Assembly: GCF_006345805.1 (NCBI RefSeq)
Contig: NC_043001.1
Location: 102,424,001 to 102,488,000 of the forward strand
DNA: 64,000 bases
Source: Octopus sinensis
Taxonomy: Eukaryota
Direction: 5' to 3'
This document shows positions 1 through 13,682 of the stretch, one piece after another (position 1 is the stretch's first letter; each line of letters begins with the position of its first letter). The notes under the pieces were generated by a model that was given only the letters and a program-made list of their open reading frames with translations, had not been told where the DNA came from and did not search any database. The position numbers and the translations under genes were made by a program.

Positions 1-1684
1 AAGATGGCAGTGGGGTGGAGGGAAGTGCAGAGAGGCAATAGATCATTAGGTAAAGGGAAAGTTACAGCTCAACAAATTTCTCCTCTTAGTAGAGGTACCT
101 AGTTATTTTGACCCCATGAGCTGTCACCACTACTTTTAACCAGTGAACTGAAATAGAAAACTCAACAAAAGAGAATAAATGTTAAAAACGAAAGCCAGAT
201 TATGGGCTTTCACAAGAATTATGTGGCATTACCAGTGAAGCACATTTCTACCTTGTAAAATAACTTTTTTTAAAGATCAATCTAGAAGTTAATAATTACA
301 TCTCAGAAATTCGTCCTCTTCTGTTTTATTTTGTTTCCATCCTGATTGCTCTGCTTATTCATGTTTTCTTTTCTTCTCAATTTTTCTCATTAAAATGAGA
401 ATACATGGGAGAGAAGAGAGGAAAAAAATATATATAAAACCTAGTCCCAGATGGGTTATTAAGAAATCTCACATAAACAAAATTAACTAAATTCTGAGTT
501 CGTTATGTTGTCATTTTCAAGTTTAATTAGCCCTCTACAACTTGGCTTCCTTGCAATTAAGATTGTTTTCCTGTAATTTCCTTTCCCAGAACATATTTTT
601 TTTGTCTATTTTCATTTTTTTTGTTTGCTTTTCTTCTTTTTTGCACCCTTCTCCTGTATTTTTGTTTCAGAGAAAGTGCAAAGAGCAAAAGTCTTAATAC
701 ATGAGGAAAGAGAGAGAGAGGCAGTGGTCCTGAAAGAAGTTCAGTTTTATCAGAAGTAAATAGCAAAAACAGAATAATAATAATAAAAAAGAAGCAGAAA
801 TGGATAGATGCGACCAGAGCTGGTTTCAACAAGCACATGCAATTATAGCTTAAAATTGAAATGTACATGGCCCTTGGCTTAAAAATCAGCCTGGCACTCT
901 ACAAATTGGTTTTCTAATAGTAAAAAGAAAAAAAAAAAAGAGCAGGAAAAATAACACTACCTCCCCACGTATTAAAAAACAAAACAAATTTTAAATAAAT
1001 AAAAGAAGAAAAACAGCAACTCAACAGGCAACACTTTTTCATTATCCGTATGAAAGTTTGGAGTTTCAATTATATACAAGGCAATCTCCTCCCATCTAGA
1101 AATGAAATCATGATCATTACATGTCTGAGAATTCTTACTAATGAAGCAGTGGTGGAGGAAGGGGTGGTGGTGGTGGTGGTAGGAGGTGGATTAGACCCAA
1201 AACACACACACATACATACATACACAAAATGCATAGTAAAAGGAATCTGAAGTTTTCCGAATGTCACGGATTAGAAAATATTAAATACCACACATAATTG
1301 AGAATTTTTTTTTCATAATAATTATTTTATTTTTATCATATTTTTTCTATTTCCTTGTTGATTTGTTTCTAACTCTTTGAGGAGGAACTACATTTTTTTT
1401 TTGTACATCCATAAATGAATAAGATTTTATTGATATAACCACCTGTAAACATGAATAAGCAAATTATTCCATAAAGATCATTCAGTGGTGATTACCGTAC
1501 CAGCACTACTGTACCAAATGTACAAAACCACAAGCATGCATATCTATGCATTTATCAGTCTATTGATACCTGCATTCACATGCACCTACTTACACACAAT
1601 CAAACAGATGAAATGACATAATCGTGAAGAAGCGATTTTAAAATAAATATCTGTATGAGACAGCAGACTCTGAGAGATATTTCA

Positions 1685-2804
1685 TATGAGGGTCAGCTAA
1701 AAAGTTTGTAGGCTGATTAAGATACTCTCATGGAATTTGACTTAACGAGGTCTCTTTTTCAACATCGACCCCTTTGTAGTCCACACATTTCTTCCACCAA
1801 TATTGCAGTGCTTAGATCCCATTGGTGAAGTAGCTTTCATCCTGTTGGTCAAAAGAGTTATCAGCAGCAGATATGATGTCATCACTGCGATACTGGTTCC
1901 CATCCAAGTTTTTCCTTATATTGGGGGAACAGATGATAGTCAGATGGGGCCAAATCAGGAGAATAGAGAGACTGACCAACTAGTTGAAAGCTAGCCATGC
2001 ACAGCAGTCATTGAAACCAAGAACTTGTGTGTTGAAGCTTTGTCCTGGAGTGTGGGGGGGGGGGGCTTTCGTCAGTTTTCCTTGGCTTTGATAACATTTC
2101 ATAACTGCTTCAGAAAGTTAGCATAATACTCTCCATTGATGGTGTGGCCATTTTGAAAATACCTTTTGCATCCTAAAATAACTGAGGCCATCACCTTGAC
2201 CTCCTTTGCAGCAGGCATGTAAGGGTGTTTCCAGTGCATGGATTGTCTCTTTATCTCCAGTTCAATGTGGTGAACCCAACATTCCTACTGGGTTAGGAAA
2301 CGTTGAAGGAGGTCAGCTAGATCTCCTTGAAACAATGTCAGATTTTCCTATGGTGTGACCAGCCTGGTATACTTTTGATAGAGTTTCAGAACACATGGCA
2401 CCCACCGAGTAGAACCATTCATTATGCCAAGTTCATTGTGCAGAATACTCTCAACTCTCTCTCACAGGATATGCTCAAAGCATTGGCTATGTGATTTATA
2501 GTCAATTGCATGTCATCCATCTCCATGTGGTGAAGATGATCAATGTTTTCCTCAATGGTGGCAGTTGCTGGACATTCAAGCCTTAAGTCATCTTCAACAC
2601 TCTCCTTTTGCAGCTGCCTACTTTTGCACCACCATTCATAAAGCTGGAGTCTTGTCCCCTAATGTAGCAACCATGTCAGCATGAATGTCCTTTGGGGCTA
2701 AACTTTTTTCTGCAGGTACTTAATAAGACCAAGATGCCAAATTTCAAAGCTCTAGCATTTCTCCTTTTAAAGTCAGCCACTGAACTGTTCAGCCCACCCT
2801 TGCA
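1685..2804 (-). mobile_element. Decayed near full-length mariner DNA transposon
   Basis: Imperfect TIRs TATGAGGGTCAGCTAAAAAGTT (1685) and rc TGCAAGGGTGGGCTGAACAGTT (2804). Minus strand reads IWHLGLIKYLQKKSLAPKDIHADMVATLGD, ILHNELGIMNGSTRWVP and YSPDLAPSDYHLF (~1927-1965); multiple stops and frameshifts. Confidence 0.93.
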
Positions 2805-3470
2805 CATGGGGCCAAGCACAGACAGTTGCTAGAGACAAGTTCAATTAACACTGAATAATTAAAGCTCTATTTCCTCAAACCCATTTGGGTCTTTCATCCC
2901 CCTCTCTTTCTTTCTTTTAGTTAACCCCCGCACCCCATGTTCAACTCATTTTTTTTTTTACCTATCACTGAAATATTACACCTGTGCAACAAGGAATGGC
3001 ATTGGATCTGTCAGCATTGACCCACATTGACCCTGTAATGTGTTTGGCATTAGGAAAGCGATGCCAAATTGGAATGAATGTATCACTTCCTGGTTTAAGA
3101 AGACAGTAACTCCAAATAAGAACTGACTCAAACTGTGGTGTGACCCAGCTAACCCATGCTATAATGGATATGAGGACATAAAATGAGGATGCTTAATGTG
3201 TGTGTGTGTGTAAATGAATACTGGTGTAAATAAGGGTAAAATATCTTAAAATATTGACTAAAAGAGGGAGAACTCTTTAAAAGGAACACAGTACATGAAA
3301 TCAGTGACTCAATAAATAGAAATCAATGTAATTAGTGCAAGAGTAATTATTAGGGTCAATATCAATTATTAAATCCCTTGAAAATGATGCTTCCAACACT
3401 GCCACAGCCTAATGACAGACACTACTATAAATAATATATATATATATATATATATATGAGTGAATATAAC

Positions 3471-3767
3471 TTAGTTGCAAAATGTTTCTTCAGTTTCTTC
3501 ACAAACCATTGCACTAAAGTCACATGATCGTAGGTTGCCGGAGATGCACATGTGCACTCTCTTGTTTCCACAGATATAGCTGTTATTTCTTTTCCGAGCA
3601 ACATGTGCTAAAGCCACAACTGTTAGTTCAGGTGATTGACTTAACACTGATGCATTAAATATGGTTTTGATATTTGGGAAATCAAAACCACCGTTAACGA
3701 GAGGGTGTGCTGTAACCCCAAACACAATACTCATTCGTTCATAAAAAATCAACGTGCTCTCAGACAC
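3471..3767 (-). other. Non-repetitive 98-codon open frame, product unknown
   Basis: Open frame in non-microsatellite DNA ending ...MVCEETEETFCN*. No recognisable motif, weak splice acceptor; a few such ORFs are expected by chance in 64 kb. Confidence 0.15.
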
Positions 3768-4533
3768 TCACACAAACAAAATAACATACAAAATGCAGAA
3801 CGTAGAGAAACATAATTTAGTCCTCACAAATAAATAAATAAACTATACAACCAAGACACAAGAAAACAACTCCAATATGGCCAATACATGTTGAAGTCAG
3901 TTCGATAATAATCCTGTTAAAAGTTTAGCTAATTTCCTAACAGAATCTATTTCCTGCCATTAAATTTTGGCAGCTTTTAACTTTTCTATTTTAATTCCAT
4001 TCTTGTAGATGTTGTGAAACACAATAAGAGATTTGGTGTTTTTACTTACTATCGATTCTCAAATTGCTTCTTCTTAATACAACAACACTTATCTCAAATG
4101 ATCAGATCCTTTACATAATGATAACTTTGTTTCATTTAATTGATTAAAATCAGTTTCTATGCCAGATTCCAATTTTACCAATTTTTGTTTTCTTTATTCA
4201 ATTATTTATTTCTTAGTTAGCTAGCCATTTTATATTTAACACACAAGCACACATATTTTCTAAATATTTGGATAAATAATTCAATAATTCTTACAGTTAA
4301 CTCATTTCATTATTAGATTCCATTTCCTTTCATTCTTGTCTTTATTCAGTTTTCAATTTAATTTTGTTTTAAAATATTTTTCCATCCATTTTCCTAAAGA
4401 AACATGGATTGTTTGGTTCTACAAATTTAACAGTTTCCCACTGAATATGGCAGATAGGGATTGATCGCTGTGTATGTCTGCACATCTATGTGCATGTGAG
4501 TACAGTTGTGCATTAGTGTGCACATGAATTTAA

Positions 4534-4750
4534 CCCTTTAGCATTCAGACTAGTTTCAGTTCCAAATATCTTACTTGTTCTGTCTTAAAACCAGCTACAT
4601 CTGACTTCTCACAACTACCCTATAATGTCATTCAAAAAATATGCAATCATATCATTGCAATCTCAAAGCTATAAGATATCACATGATTAATTAAAAATAT
4701 TGTGAATACATAAGTGTTATATTTGGCAGAATAAGGTGAATGCTAAAGGG
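4534..4750. mobile_element. piggyBac-type MITE
   Basis: 14-bp perfect TIR CCCTTTAGCATTCA / TGAATGCTAAAGGG flanked by TTAA at 4530-4533 and 4751-4754; no ORF. Confidence 0.88.
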
Positions 4751-4799
4751 TTAAGCTACCACACTGTTACAGGGAAAAACAATAAACTGTTCTGTTTTA

Positions 4800-5190
4800 T
4801 GTAAGAAATCCTCTGCTTACCAACCACATGGTTCTGGGTTTAGTCCCACTGTGTAGCACCTTGAGCAAGTGTCTTCTACTATAGTCTCAGGCTGACCAAA
4901 ACCTTGTTAGTGGATTTGGTAGATGGAAACTGAAAGAAGCCTGCTGTGTATATATGCATATGTATGTGAGTGTATATGTTTGTGTGTCTCAGTTTCTCCC
5001 CGCCAACATCACTTGACAACCAATGCTGGTGTGTTTACGTCCTTGTAACTTAGCAGTTCGGCAAAAAAGACCGATAGGATAGGTACTAGGCTTACAAAGA
5101 ATAAGTCCTGTGGGCGATTTGCTCAACTAAAAGGCGGTGCTCCAGCATGGCCACAGTCAAATGGCTGAAACAAGTAAAATAATAAAAGAG
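4800..5190 (+). mobile_element. SINE family A (tRNA-type head, central TA/TG microsatellite)
   Basis: B-box-like GGTTTAGTCCC, CCTTGAGCAAGTG core, GGAAACTGAAAGAAGCC, tail GACTGAAACAAGTAAAA-like; many copies in the window. Confidence 0.85.
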
Positions 5191-6153
5191 GACTATTTGA
5201 AATATAACAGTGGTGCTAGCAAACAGAAAAGATAACATTCGTTTAGCCGGGGATTGATGTAAGATTGAGTAACTTTGATTTTATGTTCTTGTCTTTTATT
5301 CCTATTTATGAGTTAATCAAGAGAAGAAAGATACCGTTTTCTCTGCAAGCCTTGCCACACAGCTGAGTTTGATGCAGCAAACCCAGTTTTGCATTTACAC
5401 ATCAGTGGGAAAATATGGGCACAGAAAGAGCAGAGATCTGACCCTTATACTTTCAACAGGGAAAAGACAGTTGATGATACTCTAGGACCAAGTAGTTGTG
5501 TTAAACTAAACAGGGATCATCTGCATTTAGCTTAAAATATGATTAAAGATGATAAAAATCAATGGCAATATGACATGTGTGAGAAGAGGATTGATACAAG
5601 AGCATGATGATAGCGAGTAGGTAAGGTGATGGCCTCAAGGTCGATACCAACATCAGCAAACAAGAATATCAGGTTAAAGAACAACGGAAATTACATTTTA
5701 TAATCTGACCTCTCAGCAAATTCTGGAACCAGAATCATAAGAGCATCACACTAACAAGTCTCTACATTTTGAGGAGGTAGAGAAAAAAAACAGGTTTCAT
5801 TTAATCTATAAAATTGGGTAAAACAGTAAATAATGGCATGCACTAATTTATTCTGAGACTACCACATACTTAACCCACCCTGAAAGAAAAAGAAAAAAAG
5901 GAGAACCAAAACTTAATTAACAGATGCACAATAAATTGCAATGGAAAAAAGATGCACTAAATCTTGAGTATCACAACTATGTAACAGAGTTGGCTAGGGG
6001 GCAGGGGCAAATATTTTTTACAGATCAATACACTTCCTAATTTAAATTGCACAACTGCGAACACAGGATAGGGCCCTATTTTTGTTTACTATTTCATTTG
6101 TTTCTTTAATTCTTCAGCAAGATGGTAAAGGCTTGTAGAAGAATAAATTTTAC

Positions 6154-6206
6154 CTTGGCAAGATAACATAGCACTTAACTTCAATTATACAAAGATTTGG
6201 AAACCC
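6154..6206 (-). CDS. Candidate 53-nt internal exon (GFPNLCIIEVKCYVILP)
   Basis: Acceptor ttttctctctctcag, donor AAG|gtaaaa, one open frame; no homology recognised. Confidence 0.2.
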
Positions 6207-6636
6207 CTGAGAGAGAGAAAACCCTTAGAATCCACACATCAGTTTTAAGTAAACTGCAGTAAGCTAAGCTATCCAAATAGATGCATGAATACCTCTTAAA
6301 TATATAAATTAAAGTAATGTATTCAAACACACACACACATACACACACATGAACATGTAAGAATATATACATAATGTACTACTTATATGCATGTATGTAT
6401 AAATGTAAACACATATAAAATGTGAATTAAGATTCTATCCTAGCAGGCAGCTGAGAATTCTGTTAAAATAAAAATGGTGGATTCGATAGAATTCAGAAAG
6501 TTATTAAGGCCATTACTTGGCCTCATTGAGAAGTGTGGAACTCAAATATTTGTTATATAGAAATAATGGAGTGGGAGAATGTAACGTTGGGCACATATAT
6601 TTTGCAAATGCAATTAAAACCATTATAATTTACTAA

Positions 6637-7020
6637 AGGTGTGGCTGTGGTAAAAAGCTTGCTCCCCAACCACATGGTTCCAGGTTCAGTCCCACTGTGT
6701 GGCACCTTGGAAAATGTCTTCTTCTACAGCTTCAGGCCAACTAAAGCCTTGGGAGTGGATTTCATAAACAGAAATTGAAAGAAACCTGTCATATGTGCGT
6801 GTGTGTGTGTGTCGGCATCTTTGTTTGTTGCACACCACTGCATTTCAACTGGTGTTAGTGTGTTTATGTTCTTGTAACATAGCAGTTTGGCAAACAAGAC
6901 CAATTCCAGTCTTGGAAAAGTAAATGTACTGAGATCGACCTAGTTAACTAAAAATTCTGCAAGGCGGTTGCCGCCTCAGCATGGCTACTGTCTAATGACT
7001 GAAACAAGAAAAGGGTAAAT
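6637..7020 (+). mobile_element. SINE family A
   Basis: A-box-like TGGCTGTGG, B-box-like GGTTCAGTCCC, same body and tail as other copies. Confidence 0.85.
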
Positions 7021-7182
7021 GGTACATCTCCTTATACAAAGTTGAATGTGAATCCTTCATGGGAATGGTTAGTGAGATGAAGTGCCACGAGTTCAAGTTG
7101 TATTGCAATCTGGTGGAAAGCAAAACAAAAAAAAAGTTTGCCTCAGCCAGATTTTAGCACTTAACTACTGATGGATCAGGAT

Positions 7183-7400
7183 GAACAATCATCATCACCA
7201 TCACCTTCATCATCAAACATCAGTTTTTCACATTGGCATGGATTGGATGGTTTGACAGAGGCTGGCAAGCCAGAGAGTTGCAACGAGTTCAGTTGTTTGT
7301 TTTGCTATGGTTTCTACAGCTGGATGCCCTTCCTAATGTCAACTACATTACAGAGGGCACTGGGTGCTTTTTTACATGGCACCAGCATGTGTGCTTAACA
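7183..7400 (-). mobile_element. RTE LINE 3'UTR copy (5'-truncated) with (GAT)n tail
   Basis: Contains GCTGGATGCCCTTCCTAATG; matches the sequence following RTE ORF2 at ~50400-50690. Confidence 0.8.
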
Positions 7401-8202
7401 TTGACACAAGTATTTCATGCAAAATATCCAAATTTTGCTGATATATTCAATTTATGGTTGCATGGAAATGCAAATAAATGAATAAAAAAAAGAGAGAGTA
7501 AAAACAGAGAATTAATACAGGAGCTGAATTGTACAGTTTTTCATTTCCTTCACATGTTACAATTCAAATCAGTGCAATCATTAAACAAAGGTATTTCTAA
7601 GAGAAATCACAACAGAAGCTTGGAATGAACTCTATTGCTTAATAAACAATATCTCATACCTCTACACACAAAAAACACACAAAAAACACACAAAAAAACA
7701 AAAAAAACACCCCACCAGACACATGTATAGAAGATGCAACAGATTTTATTTTATGGCCTGAAAATCTACCAAAGAAGTGAAACAGGTATAAATCTGTTGG
7801 GGTTCAACATCTTATTAAGATAAATTAATTACTTCAATGAACAGCACAGGAGTCCCTATGTGGATTGCACTCTTCAAGAATCAAACAAATACATACACAT
7901 CTACATATTATTTGTACACACACACACATATCAATTCACACATACGTATATTTATTTATCTATCTAAAAAATTAAATAAATGGCAAGGGAACAAGAGATT
8001 ATGTAATCAACTTCATTAGCTTACAGCTGCTTCTGCTATTATAAGATGCAATGAACTCATAGCTGAGTGCTTGTAACACACAATAATTCTGTTGAGGTGA
8101 GTGAGAATGCTTGAGTGCATCCATGTATGTATATATACACACACACACTCACATGCATATGTACATATGCTATAGACACATGTGAGTGTGTCTGCCTGTT
8201 TA

Positions 8203-8234
<32 letters not shown>

Positions 8235-8241
<7 letters not shown>

Positions 8242-8485
8242 CAAGTCAATTCAATTTTTATTGGCTCAAATAGCAAAAGCAAGGCCATGTAGGGGGACAG
8301 GGAGTTATGTACAGGGAGGGTGGTCACACAAAGAGTTCAGGCCATTTCTGGTCAAGAGAGACTTTGAACCAAATGGTCGTCGGCATCTTCACTATCTCGT
8401 CCGGCAGCTTATTCCACGGATCTGCAACCCGGATGGAGAAAGCCCCTCTCCTTCGATTGAGATGAAAACATCGTAGAAAGTTGAC
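8235..8485 (-). mobile_element. CR1-like LINE 3' end, same family as 39441-41272
   Basis: Reads RRRGAFSIRVADPWNKLPDEIVKMPTTIWFKVSLDQKWPELF; 3'UTR closely matches 41170-41255; (TTGAA)n-like tail. Confidence 0.9.
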
Positions 8486-8974
8486 CTTAGTAACACTTGA
8501 ACACAGGATGTATATATATAGATAATTGTTAAAGAGGACAACAAATGTTAAGATAAGCATCTCAAGTCATATACATTATTATTATTATTATTATTGGAAA
8601 AAAATTCAAAGTAATCCGTTACAGCACTTACCTGGCATACCTAGTTGTTTAGATCACCTGTGAACTAAAGCCCCATATTTTGTATATATGTTATATTAAT
8701 GATATAATTGTGCTCAAATCTAGATTCCATTTTTTAAAAATTAAAGATTTGTCATAATATTTTATTTAATCCTTTACATTTAATTTGTAACAATAATGTT
8801 TAAGATATCCATGAGCTGAAGGTTAAGATAGACACATACACTGAACTGAACCTTTAACCATACAGTTGCAAAGTTGAACTACATGTGCACCCACACTAAT
8901 ATATTTTTTGCCCTCTCCTGAAAGATTAAAACAAAACAAACTCAGAAGGATTTGCACTCAAGACTTATAGATGG

Positions 8975-9005
8975 ATTTGGTAGACGGAAACTGAAAGAAA
9001 CCTGT

Positions 9006-9050
<45 letters not shown>

Positions 9051-9226
9051 CTGTGTGTGCCCCACCATTGCTTGACAACTGATGTTGGTGTGTTTGCATT
9101 CCTGTGACATAGTGGTTCGGCAAAAGAGAGCGATAGAATAAGTAGTAGGCTTACAAAGAATAAGTCCTGGGGTCAATTTGTTTGCCAAAAAGCGGTGCTC
9201 CAACATGGCCAGAGTCAAATTACTGA

Positions 9227-9232
<6 letters not shown>
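8975..9232 (+). mobile_element. SINE family A, 5'-truncated
   Basis: GGATTTGGTAGACGGAAACTGAAAG, central microsatellite, AATAAGTCCTGGGGTC. Confidence 0.85.
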
Positions 9233-9267
<35 letters not shown>

Positions 9268-9984
9268 AGAGAGAGAGAGAGCATGGTAAAATGGCAATAT
9301 TTATACCCAAGATTCTTTTGAATTTTCTCAGCCTTCATTCCAAAACAAGAACTCATGGAACAAATTTTTGCAATGAGATACAGTGAAAACAATGCAGTAC
9401 TTTAGAATAAGTCATATCTCTTATGAGTTGTTGATAAACCAGGAACTAAACAGATTAAACTGAAGATATTTGAGAACATATTACAAACAAAAATCTGTTA
9501 TTACTTAGGAAAATTGAAACAAGATCAATCTGGTCAACATGGTGGCCTGTTTTTATGATTAATGAATTTTCTACGATTTATTGGTCAGAAAGTGAACTGT
9601 TATTCCAATATTTCTGCCTTTCCCTCTTCTGGCAATATCTACTAATATCCTGTGTTTTCCCACTTTAGCTGGTATATCTGCTGAATAAGCAGCAGCAGTA
9701 GCAGCTGCCACCACCACCACCACCACCAATGGGAGCACATAATCAGAATTATTAGATCATTGAACAAAATTGCTTCATGGTAACGGTTCCAAATTCTGAC
9801 ATTCTGAGTTCAAATCTTGCAAAATCAACTGTCTTTCATTCTTCTAAGGTCCATAAAATAAAGTACCAGCCAATTACTAGTACTCTGAACATTGGCTACC
9901 CCGCCCTCTGTCAAATGATAATTACTAATTATTTCCATGATTTCACTGAATTCTTTCACTGTAGTTTTCCTAGTACGTACAGCA

Positions 9985-10165
9985 ATCTTTTCTACTCTAG
10001 GTACAAGGCCCAAAATTTTGGGGGAGGGGGCCAGACAATTAGATCGACCCCAGTACGCAACTGGTACTTAATTTATCGACTCCGAAAGGATGAAAGGCAA
10101 AGTCGACCTCAGTGGAATTTTTTTACTCAGTACGTAAAGACAGACGAAATACTGCTAAGCATTTG
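9985..10165 (-). mobile_element. SINE family B
   Basis: rc of GACTTTGCCTTTCATCCTTTCGGAGTCGATAAATTAAGTACCAG; matches 19892-20132. A more decayed plus-strand piece lies at ~9790-9890. Confidence 0.8.
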
Positions 10166-13100
10166 AATATGATCAAACGTCACCAACTTGGGTGCAGGGA
10201 GAATGCAGTAGCAGTTATATGAGAGCAACAGAAACGCTGGAGCACCAGACAGAAAAAGCCTTTGGATACTTAGTTATGTCCCTTGATATTCGAGACCGGA
10301 TGACTGTCTGAATCTGATTCCCTTCTTTAATTTATAAGGTACAATGAAGCTACATAGGCTGTTGTCTTTAAGCAAGGCACAAAACTTATTCCTCAGTCTA
10401 CCTGACTGACAACAGCAATTGTGGTTTTATAAGTGGAGTGATTAGCAATTGAAAAGACAACTGCTTCAACCAAAAGAAGAAAGCTGCAAAAATATTCTTT
10501 AAATTACACTTTATGATCGAAATATTTTATAACGTAGTCCTAGATAGATGATGGCTGAAGAAAAGACAGGTGTGACACTCTCAGCCACAGGTGAACGGAT
10601 AAGAAATGGTCTTAGATAAATAACAACTGTGTCAGGAGAATCTTTCTTAAACAGGTCCATATTGTAAACAAATTAAGTATTATCTCCAGTTCCAGTTTTA
10701 GCAGTCAGTATTAAAAGAGAGATCTTTGACTAAAAAGCAATCTTTAAAACAAAAGCTATAAACAGAATAGCTATGAAGAGAATAGCACATCACAAGACAT
10801 TCAAAAGTTGTAATCATGAGGAAGCTGTTCAACCTAAAAGAAAATTTAAGACATTTTCTTTGGCTACAACTCAATGAAATGTAATTTCTTGGAAATGTGT
10901 ACTGTGTAACCAGGTTCAATCAGTGGAGTTCCATTTCTCAAAGTTAGTGCATCATATGTTTAATGGAAAGCTTAGCCTTTGAAACTTCTTAAAAGGAATG
11001 CAAAACTGGATTTCACACGAAAATGGCAATATATATTTCAAATATTGATAAAAGAGTCTTTGATCCTCATTCTTCATCCAGGTTTCATTTTGGAAACTTT
11101 CTTCTGACCAATATTGAAAATCATCCAAACCCAAGGCGAAAAATCGCGTCAATAATCTTCAAGTATCTTGCATTAATCCTTTTGATTTTTAAATCAACAC
11201 AAAACCATTTCAAATGCAACAAAGAAACCTGCTAGGTAAAAACGTGATACGCAATTTCTTCCTCTTCATTTCTCAAACAAATTTTCTTTTTTATTCAGTT
11301 ATGTTAGTGAGGAAAATTTATGTGGTGCTGTAGATGAGCTCTTCTGAGAAACTATCCCTAATCTGAGGATTAGAAGTACATTTCAGGGACAAAAACAAGT
11401 CATTACATAAATAACAATGTTCATTCTTGTCAATGTTGTGTGTGTGTGTGTGCACTCACACATACACATCTGAATTTTTATGAAACAAATTCAAAACTGA
11501 CACTGATTCTATTTCAGAATATCATTAATAGTAAAATAGTTGTCTATCTCTATTACATTAGAAAGCTATCACTACAACCACTTCTTCTTCCTCCTCCTCC
11601 TCCTCACTCACTGGCCAGTTTTGACTTCAGCTCCATCTTCTGTTTCTAATCGACAGTTTGACTGGTCTGGTTTCAACTTAATACTATTTGCTGGAAGAAT
11701 GGAATGTCCATCTTAAAATGAAGGTGTTAATAATTTATGAAGCTGACACCTAAAGAGCTAAAGTTCAGAGAATTCATTAAAAGCTCTAATGACTAAGAAA
11801 CTCAACAGATAATTGCATTTAGCTTAGCTGAGGTCAAACACAAGACAGACCACACTTTTGTAAACAGCTTTTGCCACTGAGACCAAGTCAGCGTATGGAC
11901 AGTGATATTGTCTGAAAGAGACAGCAGGACTAATTTTGACACCTAGATGAGCACTAGACAACAACTTAAATGGAGTTTATTACCACAGAACAAAACTGGC
12001 CATCCAGCTCGATAAATAAGATAGCATAATCAATTAATATCAGTTTGATGTAAAAACAAAGCGAAAATAAAGAGAAAGAAAAGAGAAAGAGAAGGTTTGG
12101 AAAGAAAGAAGAATATAAAGCATCTCTTAGATTTGAAACAAAATGAATGTCAAAGAAAGTTCACTGATGTTTTGCAGGTCAGCATATTTTATTGACGAAG
12201 GCCAACCAGATCTGAAGAAAATGGACTTTCAAAATGGGAAAATACAAAGAATAACTTATGAAATCTCAAACTGTTTGCTAAAATATCAATACAAAATTGC
12301 TTTTACTGTGAGGGAAGGGAACTGTGATTAACAATTCCCTTGTTTTCATTTGAATCATCCATTTCTTAAATAGTATGGCAATATTAAATGGATATATAAT
12401 TATTAATGACAACGATTGTATGAGTCAGTGTTGTCTCTCTCACATACGCAGTGTGCTTATGTACATGTGTGAATGAGAGAGAGAGAGAGAGAATATGCAA
12501 ATGTATGTCTTAGTATCTGCAAAAATCCCATTTAAACTATTTACCAGTCTTTTGAGGGAGCCCCTACAGAGCCACACAAACTGCGATGAATAATAGCCAA
12601 ATCTCCCTCAAATCACGCCTCCTATCTTAAATAAATAGAGAGGAGCCTGTAAAGGTGCATGGTGTCGTAGCACACCATGCACCTGTACAGGCAATATCAA
12701 TATGATGGAGAGAAGAAGCTAATGTACAGCAGAAGCATTTGATCACTATAAATAAACCATCTGTGCAGGTTTAAGAAATGCGGACCCTTCATCTACCATT
12801 TATGACAAGGGAGTCCACCAATCAGCAAGAAAAATTATACTGAAGAACAGTTAAAATTTTGAAAATAAAAACATTAACACACACACACAGAGTATTAAGA
12901 TGCATCACATGAAACCTTTGAAAGATTATCAATTAGTTTCAAACTTACTTAGCTTATTACACCAGATTATTTAAATAAGCCACCAGGTAAAATATGAAGT
13001 CCCAGTTGAATCTGATTGGATGAAATTTCACTCTGCTATTAGTACTGAGTACCCTACCCCATCAATGAATGCTCTTTTATTATTTTTAAAATTCTTTTAA

Positions 13101-13304
13101 GATAACCCAGAAAATAATATCAAGTTCTCACTTGATATTTTTCTCTTCCTTGGTAATGAACCAATTTTGACTTTGCACCTGTTGACCTCGAATCCATCAC
13201 AGAACAGAAATCACTCTCTTGTTTAACATGCAGTCAACTTCGAATGGCTTCTTATTATCTTTCAAAAATAACACAAAACAAGTCATTAATAAAAATAGAG
13301 AGAC

Positions 13305-13682
13305 GAAAGTGGTGAGCTGGCAGAATTTTCACCTGTCTGTATGTTCTGAGTTCAAATTCTGCCAAAGTTGACTTCACTGAGGCCCATGTAATTGACTCAA
13401 CCTCACTCCTGAAATTGCTGGCCTTGTGCCAAAATTTGGAACCAATATTTACTTCGTGTATCAGGCAATGAGCTGGTAGAATTGTGAATGTGCCAGGCAA
13501 AATGCTTAGCGGCATTTTGCCCATCTTTACATTCTGAGTTCAAATTCTGCTGCTGCGAACATTGGCTTTTGGATTTCATCCTTTCAAAGTCAATAAAATA
13601 AGGACCAGCTGAGCACTGAGGCTGATGTAATCAATTTAACTGCTGCTCCAAAATTGCTGGCCTCGTGCCAAAATTTGAAATC
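13305..13682 (+). mobile_element. Two adjacent SINE family B copies
   Basis: Two GAGCTGG(C/T)AGAA...TTCTGAGTTCAAATTC heads at ~13315 and ~13470; tails GGCC(T)TGTGCCAAAATTTG. Confidence 0.8.

Noticed and set aside
8632-8657. Strong minus-strand donor CAG|gtaagt with acceptor 26 nt upstream
   Set aside because: Stops in all three frames; cannot be a coding exon and there is no evidence for non-coding use.
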